57,744 nucleotides of DNA from a virus. Its lineage: Duplodnaviria > Caudoviricetes. Where the stretch lies: the IMG/VR virus record IMGVR_UViG_3300025525_000003, positions 1 to 57,744 of that record; one strand, written 5' to 3'. The notes under the pieces were generated by a model. The model did no database searches and was not told where the DNA came from. It saw only the letters and a list, made by a program, of their open reading frames with translations. This document shows positions 1 through 12,200 of the stretch, piece by piece (position 1 is the stretch's first letter; every line of letters starts with the position of its first letter). The position numbers and the translations under genes are program-made.

Positions 1-93
1 TGATCCGATGCGGATGAGATAGCGCCCGTTTCCGACGCGCGATTGAACTGATAACCTGCCCGGGATTATAACGGCGTAGCGGCGATGAACTGC

Positions 94-110
94 TGATAAA
101 ATATGCCCCC
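94..110 (+). promoter_or_regulatory. Probable host tRNA promoter (extended -10 plus GC-rich discriminator), now separated from its tRNA by the prophage
   Basis: TGaTAAAAT at 94-102, then ATGCCCCC, then the tRNA 5' fragment CTCCTCGTAGTTCA at 114. Confidence 0.55.
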
Positions 111-113
111 ACT

Positions 114-127
114 CTCCTCGTAGTTCA
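114..127 (+). repeat. att junction (left): displaced 5' fragment of tRNA-Arg(CCT); core CCTCGTAGTTCA 116-127
   Basis: Identical to 57637-57648; CTCCTCG can pair with the 3' acceptor strand CGAGGGG of the tRNA at the other end (one G-U pair). Confidence 0.85.
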
Positions 128-177
128 GGAGGTAGAATTATGGCCTATGTTGTTGTTTCACATGGAACTACGTGGCG

Positions 178-200
178 TGCTATAGCAAATTCGTAGCATC
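178..200. promoter_or_regulatory. Putative integrase arm-type binding sites (left)
   Basis: TATAGCAAA (181-189) and CGTAGCATC (192-200) with 11-bp period, resembling the TGTAGCAGT pair at 57479-57498. Confidence 0.55.
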
Positions 201-3200
201 TCAAAATCCATAGGCCTTCTCGATCTGCTCGGCCCGGCCACGCGCCTGCTTCCGGGTCTGCTTCTTCCGGATGTCGGCACCCAGAATCTCCTCGGCGGTC
301 TTCTTCTGCACGGTCTTAGGATCCAGCCGGATGATGTCCTCCGGCTTGGCTTGTTCGTTGTGGCGCTGGATGTCTTCGTAGTGGCCAATCAAGCGCTTCT
401 CGGCGACCTTGGCGGCTTCGCTGTCGCCTTTCTGTTCGGCTCGGTAAATCTCTGCCCTGGTGGCGGCCACCTTTGAATACCACTCCCGCCGCTTATCGTC
501 TACTCCCCGTTCTGCCCGGCGACGCGAGTTCTCCATTTCGCGGTACTCGGCAACGTCGGCCGGCGTGAAGCCAACAGCCTTGAGTGCAAGGTCTTCTGTC
601 GTCAGTTTCTCAGGTGGAATTACCGGGCGGCCTGTGGCGGCCGATTTAACGCCTTCCTTCGACCAGGCCCAGGCTGTCATCGGGTGCTTGACGAAATTCG
701 GCATGAGCTCTGCCACGGCCAACATCGTTCGATCTCTCTGCTGGTATTCAACGGCCCGGCTCAGGCGCTTGTAAGTCAGGTCAAACGGCACGCCCAAGGC
801 ATCTTCATTGGCGGCTGGAAGCAAGTCTCCCATGCCGATACGGCGGGATATCTCAGGCATGCCCTCGATTGCCCGTGGCGCGCCATGCGAAATCAGTTCG
901 GCAATTTTGGCGGAGCCCGTCATTTCGGCGACGGCGACGCGCAGGTCTGTCTTCACGTCCTTGTCCTGGCTGGCCAGCTTCTTGTACAGGCTCTCGAACA
1001 GGTCGCGCAGATCCTCGGCACCGGGCAAGCCCCATAGTCCGGCCACAAAAAGCAGGGCCAGCATCATCAGGCCAAGCGCGACGTTTCCCTCTCTGCCGTG
1101 CAGTGTCGCCAACCGGCTGTAGAGCTCAAGCGTCTGCCAGGTGAAGCTCTTGAACTGCAGGATTGCCGTGCCGACGCCGCGCATCATGGCCGGACGATTC
1201 ACCTTGCCCATGCGGTAGTGCGTCTCGTCGATCACCCATTCGGCGAAGGCCTCCGGCGTGAATTCGGCCAATTCGGACTGCGCCAGCGCGTTGTCGGCCA
1301 TGATCGCCTTGGCGCGATCGCCGAAGCCTTCCCGTTTGGCCATGCGGTAGGCGGCGATGAACGTCACCAAGCGGTTCAGGCGCTCGGCCATCGTGAATTG
1401 CAGCGAGACGACTTCCATAGCCGTGCGGGTTTTCTTCGACAGGCCGCGCATCACCTTGGAACGGTTTTGCGCAAGCCCCATCATTTCGAACGTCTGGAGC
1501 GGCACGAAAAAACCCTGATCCCAGGCATGCTGCAGGGCTTCCCGCATGTCGGTCGGTGCCTTTGCCGGGTCGAAGATATCGAGCCCCTTTCTGACTGTCA
1601 GCATGGCCAGCGCGTCTTTGTAGGCTCTGGTCAGGGATGCCGTCACTTGGGCAGGGTTGGCGAACTGCGTCAGATATGGCGCCGTGATCATCGGCACCTG
1701 CGTTGCGTTCACCATGGCCGTCGCCGGCACGCCGGACAGGTAGTAGAAGAACACCGTCTGGCGCAGCGCGGAAAGCTCCTCTACAGGTGTATTGGCGTAT
1801 TTCTGGTAGTTCCGGGCATAGTCGACCAGTTGCGGCTTGGTCGAACTGATGCCTTCGATGGCGGCTTCCCACTTCGGCAGGTACTCGCGGCGCGCCAGGT
1901 AGCCGCTGATGCCGACGATGTAGTCGGCGATGGCGCGTTCGAAGTCCGCGCTGTAGCCTGGAATATTGCGGCTGCCGAAGAAGTGCTTTCTGAACCCAGT
2001 CGCTTTCTTGGCCTTGTCGAGTTGGTCCTTCACGGCATCCCAGACGTTCTCGTTGATCTGCGCCAGCTGGGCGAGATGGTCGAGAGCAATCATGTCCACG
2101 GTAGCCGCCTCTTTCGGGTCGGCCAGATTCACCAAGCGGATGTTGGCCCCCGGGTACTTGCCTTCCAGGGTGGCCAGCCGCTCCTTGACCTCGCGGACGT
2201 TGCCCAACCTGCGCTTGTCTGCTGAAAACAGGCGCTCCGCCTTGCCAGCCACGCTGTCCAGTTCGACCTTCTCGAAGTGCAGGGTCTTCTTCTCAGCGCC
2301 GACCGTCTTCTCGACGACGATACCGACCTTGCCCCATCTGGTGAATGGAACGTAGCCAGTACGTCTGGCCTGCTCGATCTCGCGGATGACGGCGGCGATC
2401 CTCATCAGTCGCTCGGCTTCGGCGCCATCGGTTTCCTGCTGGGCGAGCTCGAGGATGTCCTTCGCCGTCTTCACGTCGGCCGGCAGATCCTGTTCGCGCA
2501 GGAACTGGTCCCGGAACAGGTTGAGCGCCTTGTCCATGGCGCGGCGGACACCCCAATAGCCGGACTTCTCGGCGTCGGTCAGTTCCAGCGTGTCGCCGGG
2601 CTTGGAAAGCCGGGCATCCTGTCCGGTGTTCTCGGCGACGACCGGCTCCTTGCCGCGGCCAAAGACTTCGCCCTGGAGCCTGCCAAGCTCGAGCACGGCG
2701 CTGACGCGCTCCTTGCCGGCGCGCGGCAGGTCGAAGTACGGCTGCGCCTCGTGCTGGATCATGGCGGCGATCTCGTCGCGGCGCTCGAACTGGTCGGATG
2801 CCGTCTGGAATACCGGCGTGAAGTCCTTGTCCATGGCGGCGATCATGCGCGGGTGCAGGGCCAGCCGCTTGAACAGGTTCAAGTCCTTCGGCAGCGAGCG
2901 GTCGGCGCCGAACAGGTTGGAGACTTCCGGTGAATCCGGAATTCCGGCGTCGTCGGTCAGCGCGGCATTGGCTTCCTCGGCGGATTCCTTGGCGGCGCGG
3001 CTGAACTTCGCTGTGATCGTGACATCCTTGTCGTCGAAGATAACGAAGTTATGATGGCCCTCACCCTTGCTACGACTGATGCCATCGAGGTAGCGAATTC
3101 CGCGAATTCCGGTGGATCTCAGCGTTTCAGAAGCTTGTTTCTTTCCACCAACCTTTTCTGTCAGCGTTTCGTACAGATGAGAGCCAGTAGGTCCACCATC

Positions 3201-6200
3201 AAGCCCGTTCTTCTTCCATGACGAAGACGCCCATTTCTCAATAACCGGAGTGGTCTGCAACGCCTCCTTCACCTTTTCGCTCTGCTCAGACAGACGCTTG
3301 TCCCAATCGAGATATTCATCCTCTTTCGGTGCAAGCTCGACTTCATAAATTCGCCCGGTTCCAAATTTCCAGCCATCCGCTTCCAGAACCGGCTTGAAGA
3401 CTCTACGCACTTCGCTGGGTGTCCAATGCAGTCCGCTGTAGGTAGTCGTTCCACGATGGTACGGATCGCGCTTGGTGGCGTTCTTGTCGACATACCGCTC
3501 GACGGTGACATAGCCATTCTGCGCATCGTAGGAGAGCACCTTGTCGAACGAGCCACCCATGGTCTGCACCACGCGGCCAGGCTTGTAATACTCGGCAAGA
3601 ATCTCTTCGCCTCTCAGCGTTTTCCCGTCCTTCGATATGGAAAGCGTTCTGATCTCCGTTTGCCTGTCAGATAGTTTTTCCTTGTACCACTTGGCAACCT
3701 CCTGACGACCAGAGAAGTAGAGCCCCCATCCGTAGGCCTGGGCACCCTCTCCGCTTCCGATGTGTTCTGTCGAGAATTCTTCGAAGTCGTGCGGCCCACC
3801 ATGGAATGCACGATGATAGACTGGCGCCAATTGTCCGGACTCGCCAAACTGTCTGCCTTCCTCGACGAACGTCCGGGCGTCGGCCAGCACGGCAAGAACT
3901 TCGGCGTCGGTCTTTGCTTCCAGCCAGTCTGCCACCTGGTCGAAGCCGTTGGCGCGCAGCCATTCCTGCACCCAGGCGATCAGCTTCTTCAAGCCGGTGA
4001 TTTTCTCGCCGCTGCCGGCAATATCGGCCAGGGCTTCCTCGATCGACAGGAAGTGTGCATCCTTCGCCGCCATCTTGTGCTCTTTGATGACGTCCTGGTT
4101 TTCCCGGATCCACTTGGCGGCGCGCGACCGCACCTGCTTGTTCGCCGACCACAGGCGCTGCAGGACGGGTTCGAGTTCCTTGCCGAAGAATCCGCGCAGG
4201 CCGTAGTGCCCCAGGCCTTCGTGGAAGACCGTGAATTGGACGCGCTGCGGGTCGTTGAGATTGCCGGCAACCAGCCATATCTGGCCACGCCAGTAGGCGC
4301 CCTCAACGTCGGCGGGTGCCGGGAAAGGAAGATCGGCTACGGATTCAACTACAGAGATTCGTGGGGCGTTGCGCCAGTTCTCGCGGAGCCGCGAGACGAC
4401 TTCCTCTACTTCACCGGCAGATAGCGCGCCACGTTCTCCGCGACTGTAGAGGCGACCCTGAAGTGTGGGGCCGGCTGCATCGCCCTGCTGCTCAACCAAC
4501 TTGCCAAGAAGTGCGCGCCATTCGGCGCCATCAACCTTGCCCGATAGGACGGTGCCTGCCAGAGCACTTCTTTCCAGCGTAGTGCGCCCCGCGTGCGCCG
4601 CTCGCGCTCCGGCCCGTCTGGATAGAGCGACGAAATCACTGCCCGAATATTCTCGTCCAGTGCTGGCGTCGCGGAATTGTCCTGAATCGAAGTCATAGTA
4701 GATGTTCTTGATGCCGGGCAAGTGGTGCTTAACCGCATTATAGGATGCTTCCAGCATCTGATTCAAGTTGAACGCGGTGTCGCCGGTCTTCCACTGCATG
4801 CCAGGCCAGTAGAAAGGCTCGCCTCTGCGCTTGCCGTCTACCCTCTGCAACTGGTCTTCATGGGGTGCCAGAAAGTCAGTCGAGCCGAACTTCAGCGCCA
4901 GCGAGATCATGTTCTCCGTGCGCCGGTAGATGGCGGGATTCGATACCCCGCCAGGATCGGCCACGAACACATAGCCGTTGTTGTGCGCCCAATTGCCGAC
5001 CAAGGCATACAGAGCCGAACCGCCGGAGCGGCCCTCTTCCAGAAGGGCGGCATTCAGCCAGACTTCCTTCTTTACCTCGTCCGTCGTCACCGTGGCGACA
5101 GTGCCGTTCTCCATCACCACATTCCAGTAGTGATTGCGGTCGCTGTAGGCGGACGTGCCCATGTCGTCGACGTACATGGTCGGATCGACCTCAGCGGCGA
5201 TCTCGGCCATGCCGATTGCCTCTGACTTCGGGTACTTGAAGATGCCGTCCTGATCAGTCAGCAGTGTAAAGAGCGTCGTGACCTTGGTGTCTTCGCCGGT
5301 CAGTGTGCGGGAGAGTCTTGCCTTCCCAGTTCTGTCCAGCCAGGCCTCGCCCATTTCGTTGAAATACAGCGCGCCCGCCGCCCGGTAATCCACGGGCATG
5401 GGGTGCGAGTATTGACTGATCTCGCTGATATTGGTCGGACTTTTGACGACAGGCGACGGCAATCGGCGCCGCGCCATAAACCTTAATCCGTTCGCTTCGG
5501 CGAATCCGGTAAAACTCTGAGGTACGCGGACGCCTTTCGGGCCGGTAGCGATGGCTTCTCCTGTTTCGGTGACGCGGAGGTGGACGCCGGCTTCGGGTTT
5601 TTCCAAACCAGCCGCTTGACGGCGTAGATCGGCAAGTCTCTCCGCGTCGATAGTGGTGCGCTGCTCTCCGGTTTCGGGTAGGAATCCATCGCTTTCATTA
5701 TAGGCAGCACGACTGAACAGCGCCACGCCTTTGTCGGTTTCCTTTGTCTCTACCGTCTTGAAGAAATTGTCAAAGGCCGATCGGATTTCCGGCACTTCGG
5801 CAGCGACAGGATAGGGATAAGATCCTTCCTTTTTCATGCCCAACGCGGCAGCAGCGTTCCAGTAGTCCTCTGAGACGATGTTGGCAAGATAGTCGTTCGA
5901 TGCGCCCTGATCCTGCAGCTTTGCGACGACGTAACTCTCGAAGGCACGCGCCGCCATCTCGAGGCCGGTACTCCAGTACGGCTTCGCCCGCGTCTGATCG
6001 AGTATCTGCGCGCGAGCCTTCAGCGCCGTGCCGTTGATGGCACGCATGGCCAGCCTGAAAGCGGCAACCATTTCCGGCCTGACGCCTTCGCCTGCCGCCT
6101 GTGTTTCTGTCAAGTAGCCGCTCTTTGCGCCACCCATTCTCGAAAAATAGTTATCGACGGCATGGAACCACTCGTGAGCTAGTGAGCCTACACCGCGTTT

Positions 6201-9200
6201 CTTGGTCAGGTTGATGACGATCTGTCCGGGTTCGTAGTGTGCCAATGGCGCGTTCTTGCCGCCTGTGCCGCGCGCACCGAAGGCCAGGCCGAGTTCGCCG
6301 TTGAGCGATAGCGCCTTTGGCGGGATATCCAGCACGCCGGCCAAATCCATCAGGGCGTCGTAGGTTTCATTCAGATCGGCCTGGCGGCGGTTGTTCTCGA
6401 CATAGTTGCCGAACTGGACGCCGCGGAACCCGAAGCTCTCCATGAATCTGTCAGGAGTGACATCGGCTCCGCTGCGATGATCAGTGCCGACGCGCGGAGA
6501 GTTCTCGGCCTTGCGTTCGCTCGGCACCTCCTTGAACTTCTCCAGAAGACCGACAAGTTCTTCCTGGTTGGCATCCTTCCAGGCGCGGGCTTCCCGGGCC
6601 GACTCGAAGCCGGACTTCAATTCGACGACATGGGCACCGATTTTCTTGCCGACAAAGAACTTGCCGGCGCGCGAGTAGATGCCGAAGTCGATCTTTGCAT
6701 CGGCGCGGGAATCCTCCGGAGCCTTCAGCCACGTCGCCTTGAAGGCGGCAATGGCTTCCTCGCGGGTATCTCCGCTGGCCAGCGTCTTTGGCCAATGACT
6801 CATGGCCGTCTTGGCGGCCTTGGCTTCCACCGTCCAGATACGCTTCGGCGGGCTGTACTGCTGGCCGTTGAAGACGCCATAGTCTCCGGCTGCAATGCGG
6901 ATTCCCTTCAGGCTTTTCTCGTGCCCGACTTCCATGTACAGGTCGATGCGGCTCTCGACATCGCGCAGCGACTTCCACTTGTCGTCCTTCAGGAGTTCCT
7001 TGGCGCGTGCCGGATCGATCTCGCCGGAAAGCATCTTGGCGGCAGTGTCTCGCAACATCTCTACCTTACCGACCCATGATCTCAGCTTCCAAGCCTGCTG
7101 AGGTTTTGTTGGAATCTCGTCGCGGGCAGCGTGCATGAAACCGACCGCCCACCTGTCGGCGCCACCGTCGATCAGCTTCTGGTAGTCCGGCTCCGGCCAC
7201 GACTTTGACAGCGGCGCTGCGGCAATGTCGACCTCCCGGGCTTCGCGCAGTACGGCAGCGTAGTCCTTCCTGGCACCGGTGATTTTCTCGCCGAAGTCCT
7301 CGATCTTGCCTTGGGTGGAAACCTCCTGCTTGCCACCTTTTCGACCGCCGATAACGTCGCGCAATTTTCCGATTTTCTGTGCGACGGAAGACGATAGAGC
7401 AGGGTCTTTGCGCGAATCAGCCCATGCCTGATATGCCTCAAACAGGACTTCTGGCGCAACCTCGCCAACGATCTGCGCATTCTTCAGCAACGGCTCGCCG
7501 TCAGTGCCAACGCCCTGGATATCCCCCGTCAGCAGGTACGCGCCGGTCGCCCCGCGGAAATCCAGATAGTCGATGTAGTTGCTGACAGCGCCGCCAAGAT
7601 TCACCGGATGGCTTGGCGGCAAGGCGTCGTCGGCGGAAACGTAGACGTTCAGTCCGTCGTCGTTGCTCAATGCCACCACGGACAGGCCGGCCTCGCGCTC
7701 TTTGGTTGTCCATGTGGATGACCGCCTGCCGCGAGCGTCGCCCTCGGCGTCTTTGGTGAAGCGAAGGTACACCGGGCGGCCGCCAGCGCCATCCGCTATC
7801 TTGCGCGAAAGCCTGTCGAGTGTCGTGATGTCCGTAGATTTCCTGCCACCTTCCACGGTGGGCTTGTGCCCAAGCTCAGACTCCGCCACAGTCATGTAGC
7901 CATCCTGCTGCGTGCGGACTTCAAGCCTGCCGTCCGGCAGAATCTTGGTAACGGTGCCGGAGATATTGACGCGGCCATTCAGCCCAGGCTTGGTCAACTT
8001 GACCTGATCGCCGGCTTTGTGGCCTGCTGCCGTGCTGGCCGGACTGATTTTCTCCGCCTTCGCCAGCGCCGCCATCCCGTCGATCAGTTCCTGCTCGTAC
8101 TGATCCGGGTCGCCGCGCCCGCCGAATTCTTCCATGTCTTCTTTGAGGTTGCGGCGGTATTCAGCCACCAGATCAGCCAGGTCGGCATTGTCGGTTTCGA
8201 CGGCCAGCGCCTCGGCGGCGTCTGCCAGATCTTCGACCGTGCCGAGCGCGTCATCGCCCTCGTCGTAGCGGTCGAGCAGGGACTGGATGGGGTTCTCTGG
8301 CTGCGCAGTGTTCGCCGTCTCGGCGGGACTGACTTTCAGATCAGGGTAGTCTGCGAGAACGTTGGTTGGGACGGGCTTGCCTTGCGCCAGAGCATATTCA
8401 ACATGACGGCGATGCGCGGTAGCGTTGTAATCGCGCATGTACTGCTCTGCCTCATCAGGAGACAGATAAACATCCGTCTTGGAATTATGGGTTGTCTCGT
8501 ACAGTCCGCTCTCTGGGCTTGGCGCAACTACCATAACACCACGAGCACTTTTCCACCCTTTTGCGTTCAGCGAACTGCCAACCTCTTTCTTGGTCATCTG
8601 CCACGGCTCTAGCTCCGTGCCGGCATGACTGACTTTCTCGTCTACTAGCGAACTACTGATTTCCTCAGATTTAGTAGTTGCGGTGGCCCCTGGGTAATTC
8701 TCCAGCAAGCGCGACTTGTAGGTGGTGGTGATGCGCTCCGGCGCGCGCATTCCGCGCTTGTACCCCTCAATCGTGATTTCGCCGGTTTCCTCATTGAAGC
8801 CGACAATCGTTGCCCGGTCGTAGGTGGTAAGCCCCTTCCTGTTCCCGAGGTAGACTGACGCGCCGGCCCATGTGGTGCCAATCTTGATTCCTATCGCACT
8901 TGCGCCCCTAATGGCGTCATTCCGCGCGGCGCCTGCCTCGGCCTTCCTTTCGCTCTTCCATTTGCGCCCCTTCTCTGCCTCGGCGAGTATGGAGGTACGG
9001 TCGAAGTTGTACTGTGATCCGATCACCGCGCTCTCGATGCTGCCGTCGCCATTACTAATGTAGGCGACGTGCCATTTGTCGCCGTTCGGCCTGACGCTGA
9101 TTTCCATCACGATGGAATCGCGCGGAAGTTCCCTAGCTTTCGCCATCGCTTCCTGGCTGGCGAGTCCGGGGCCATACTGGTGTTCTTGATTTTGGGTGTA

Positions 9201-12200
9201 GGTAGCATCAGGCGCAGCACCATCCCGGGCGGTCGCTACTTCGCCGTCACCGGACTCTCGCGGGCTTTCGCCGACTTCTCCGGGGCTTGGGCTCTCAGCT
9301 ACGGGCGTGGTGCTGCGTTGCTCCTGATTCGCTTGGACGCTGACCTTTCCGGTCGGCGTGAATAGCCCGCCCTGCTGCGTCCGGCCGGTTTCCTTCTCCT
9401 GGGTCTGCGGCGTGAGGGTGAAGGCTTCGCGCTCGCGGTCGGCCGCCTCCCGGGCAGCAACCGTCTCGTCTTCGGCGCGCGACTGCTTGGCGGCGAGATC
9501 CGCCGCCGAATAGGCGCTTAGGACTTCTTGCTGGGCTGCTGCTGGGCTTCCGCCCGGCGCTTCTTCCGGGCTTCCTGCATCCCGGTCGACAGGCTGTTCA
9601 GCACGCGGTTCTGCTGGTGCGGCTTCAGCGACTTGAACTTCTCGAGTTTCTGCTTCATGGATTGCCTCCTTGAACAGCGGCGTGACGGCAGCGATGAATT
9701 CCGCCTCGCTGGCTTGTTCGTACTGGACGGCCAGCCTTTCCAGCAGATCGGCGGCAGCGTCCTCGCCTAGTGTAGCAAACAATTCCGTCTTCAGTTCATC
9801 GAATGCGGCGCGCTCGGCGTCGGACAGGCCGGCCGGCGCCACGGCCGTCCGGATGTCGAGCTCTGCCTCGATCTGCTCGAATGGTCTGGCCACGGTTCGG
9901 ATGCCGAGTTCCTTGGCCCTGGCAATGGTCGCCCGGCGATATTCCTTCTCCTGTTCCTCAGCCATTTTCCGCTCGGCAACGTCGTGTGGCCAGACTTTTT
10001 CACCGCCGAGCGCACGCTGAAGCAAGTCTGTCAGCTGGGCAACGCCGTCGGTATCGTCAGCCGCCTCTGGATCAATGGGGAAATGATCCTCCATTGCCAA
10101 GATTCTCGCCAGACTGTCGAGCCCGTCGCCGTCCTTCTTGAACAGGCCGAACGGCACACGCGCCTTGGCGACGTTCGACTCGCCTGTAATGTCCTGCAGG
10201 TAGCGCATATTGATGCCGCCACGACGGCGAATGACTTGCAGCAAATCCTCGCCGCGGTAGGCGCTGCCTTTCTTCTTGGCTTCCGCTGGCTTTGGCTGGG
10301 CTGCGGCTTCCGGCTTGACGGCCGGCTGCTCGACCGACGGGGCCTGTTCCTGATGGCCAGCCTCGACCACGGCATACTTGCCGGAAACTGTCGGATGCGG
10401 AATGGCTTTCGATGGGAAACCGTTCTTGGTCAGATGCGCGGCCAGGCGGCCGGCCTGCCCTTTCTCCAGGGCCTTCAGCGGCTGTTCGGCTACCGGTTGC
10501 CGATCGGCAGGAATGGTATTGGGAAGCGGCGCGGCCGGCACCTGGGCGGGTGCGGCCACACCTTTATCATCCATGCCGGCCGATCCACCCTGTTCTGCCA
10601 CCTGAGCAGGCGGCACTTGCGCATTCCCTTGAACATCATCGGATTCCCTCTTGGTTTCCGGCTTCTGGTAGGCGACCGGCTTGGTCGTTTCGCCCGTCTT
10701 CAACCACGCCTTGAACTCGTCCGTGCTCATTTCCGAGACGGCACCGATGCGGCGCATGCCGGAGCCGTCAGAGAAGCCAGCCTGGTAAGTCTTCACGGCG
10801 TCACTCGGCTGGTCGAAGCCGATAAGCGCCTTGTGCTCGTCGAAGTTGCCGGTCGCCGGGTCGATCTGGTCGACGACGAACACGCGCTGCGACTGCGGGT
10901 TGTCGCCGATGTAGACGTCCACCTGATCGCCGTCGGCTCCCTCGGTGCGCTTCACATAACCGTAGGCGGCAGGCATCTGAACGCGCCACTCGTTTCCGCC
11001 GGCATCACGACCGCTGCGCTCCGACCCCTTGGGGTTCTCGATACTGATGTCCAAGCCATGAATCTTGACATGGGCCTTGCTGTAGTTGCCGGCCTCCTTC
11101 TGTGCCTCGGTCGGCTGTGTTTCGACCTGCTGGGCGGCCTGTTCGACGTGGGCGGCGTGTTCCACCTGAACCGGGGCTTCCCGCGTTCCGTCTCCGAAAG
11201 CCTCTGGCACGACCTGATAGCCGTCCTCCTGCAGGAAGGCGTAGGTCTCGCCGTCGTCTGTCACGACGCGCGCATCCCAGCCATTCTCGGCAGGATGGAC
11301 AGCGGCCAGCGTACCGGCGACATCGCCGACCGCAACGCGACTCCCGATAGCCGGCAGGCCGAATTCCTGAGCGTTTCTGACAGATCGTTCCTGCGCACGG
11401 ACAGCGGCACCCTGCGCCTGCTCGTCTGCGATCATGGCCATGGATTCGCGGCTAGCCTCGGCCTGCCGCATTGCGGCGGCATCGCGTTCCTGTTGCTGCG
11501 CTGCCTGCTCTGCCCGGATGGATTCCAGCGGCCTGGGATCGTTCAGTACGTCCTCGAGATCTCCGCGTGATCCAGGCATGGGTTGCGGCTTGGCCTGCTT
11601 CGGGCCTGGCACGGCAGACACGGCAGCGAATGGGCCGGCTGCTGCCGAACCTGCGGCACCGGCGTTGAACCAGCGCAAAAGGCTCTCGTCCGTAACCAGC
11701 TTCTCGCCCGTCGCCGTCGTGACGGCGGCGTCTTTGACGACCTCCTGGCCGGCCTCGTTGATGAATTCCTCGACAAGGTTTGCCGGTACTTCGCGGCCGA
11801 GCCGTCTGAAATAGTTGCTGTCGACTTCCTTCAGGGTTGTACCGGTGACATTGCGCAGGGTTCTTCCCGCGGGGCCAAGAAAGTCCAGCGCGCCATACGG
11901 TACGGCGCCGACAACCGCCAGTCCGGCCTGATCTTCCTTGCTCTTCTCGATCAGTTCGCCCTGGATATCCCCAAGGCCCATGGCGTATCCGGAGCCTCCC
12001 AAGCCGATGGCCGCGCCGCCTGGCCCTCCAAGCGCGCCGCCGATCAGAGTAGACAACGCAGACGCGCTCATGTAGGGAAGGCCTTGGCCGAAGTTAAAGG
12101 CAAACCAGTCGCCAAAGCCTTTCACGTCTCGAACGTCGGTAAGGTTCGGTGTCCGGCCCTGGTGCTTTTTCAGTTCCTCGGCATAGGCTTTCCATGACTG

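Noticed and set aside
61-70. CGGGATTATA also present at 57510-57519, as an alternative att core
   Set aside because: Only 10 bp and it would leave the tRNA-matching repeat unexplained; the 12-bp tRNA core with flanking arm repeats fits better
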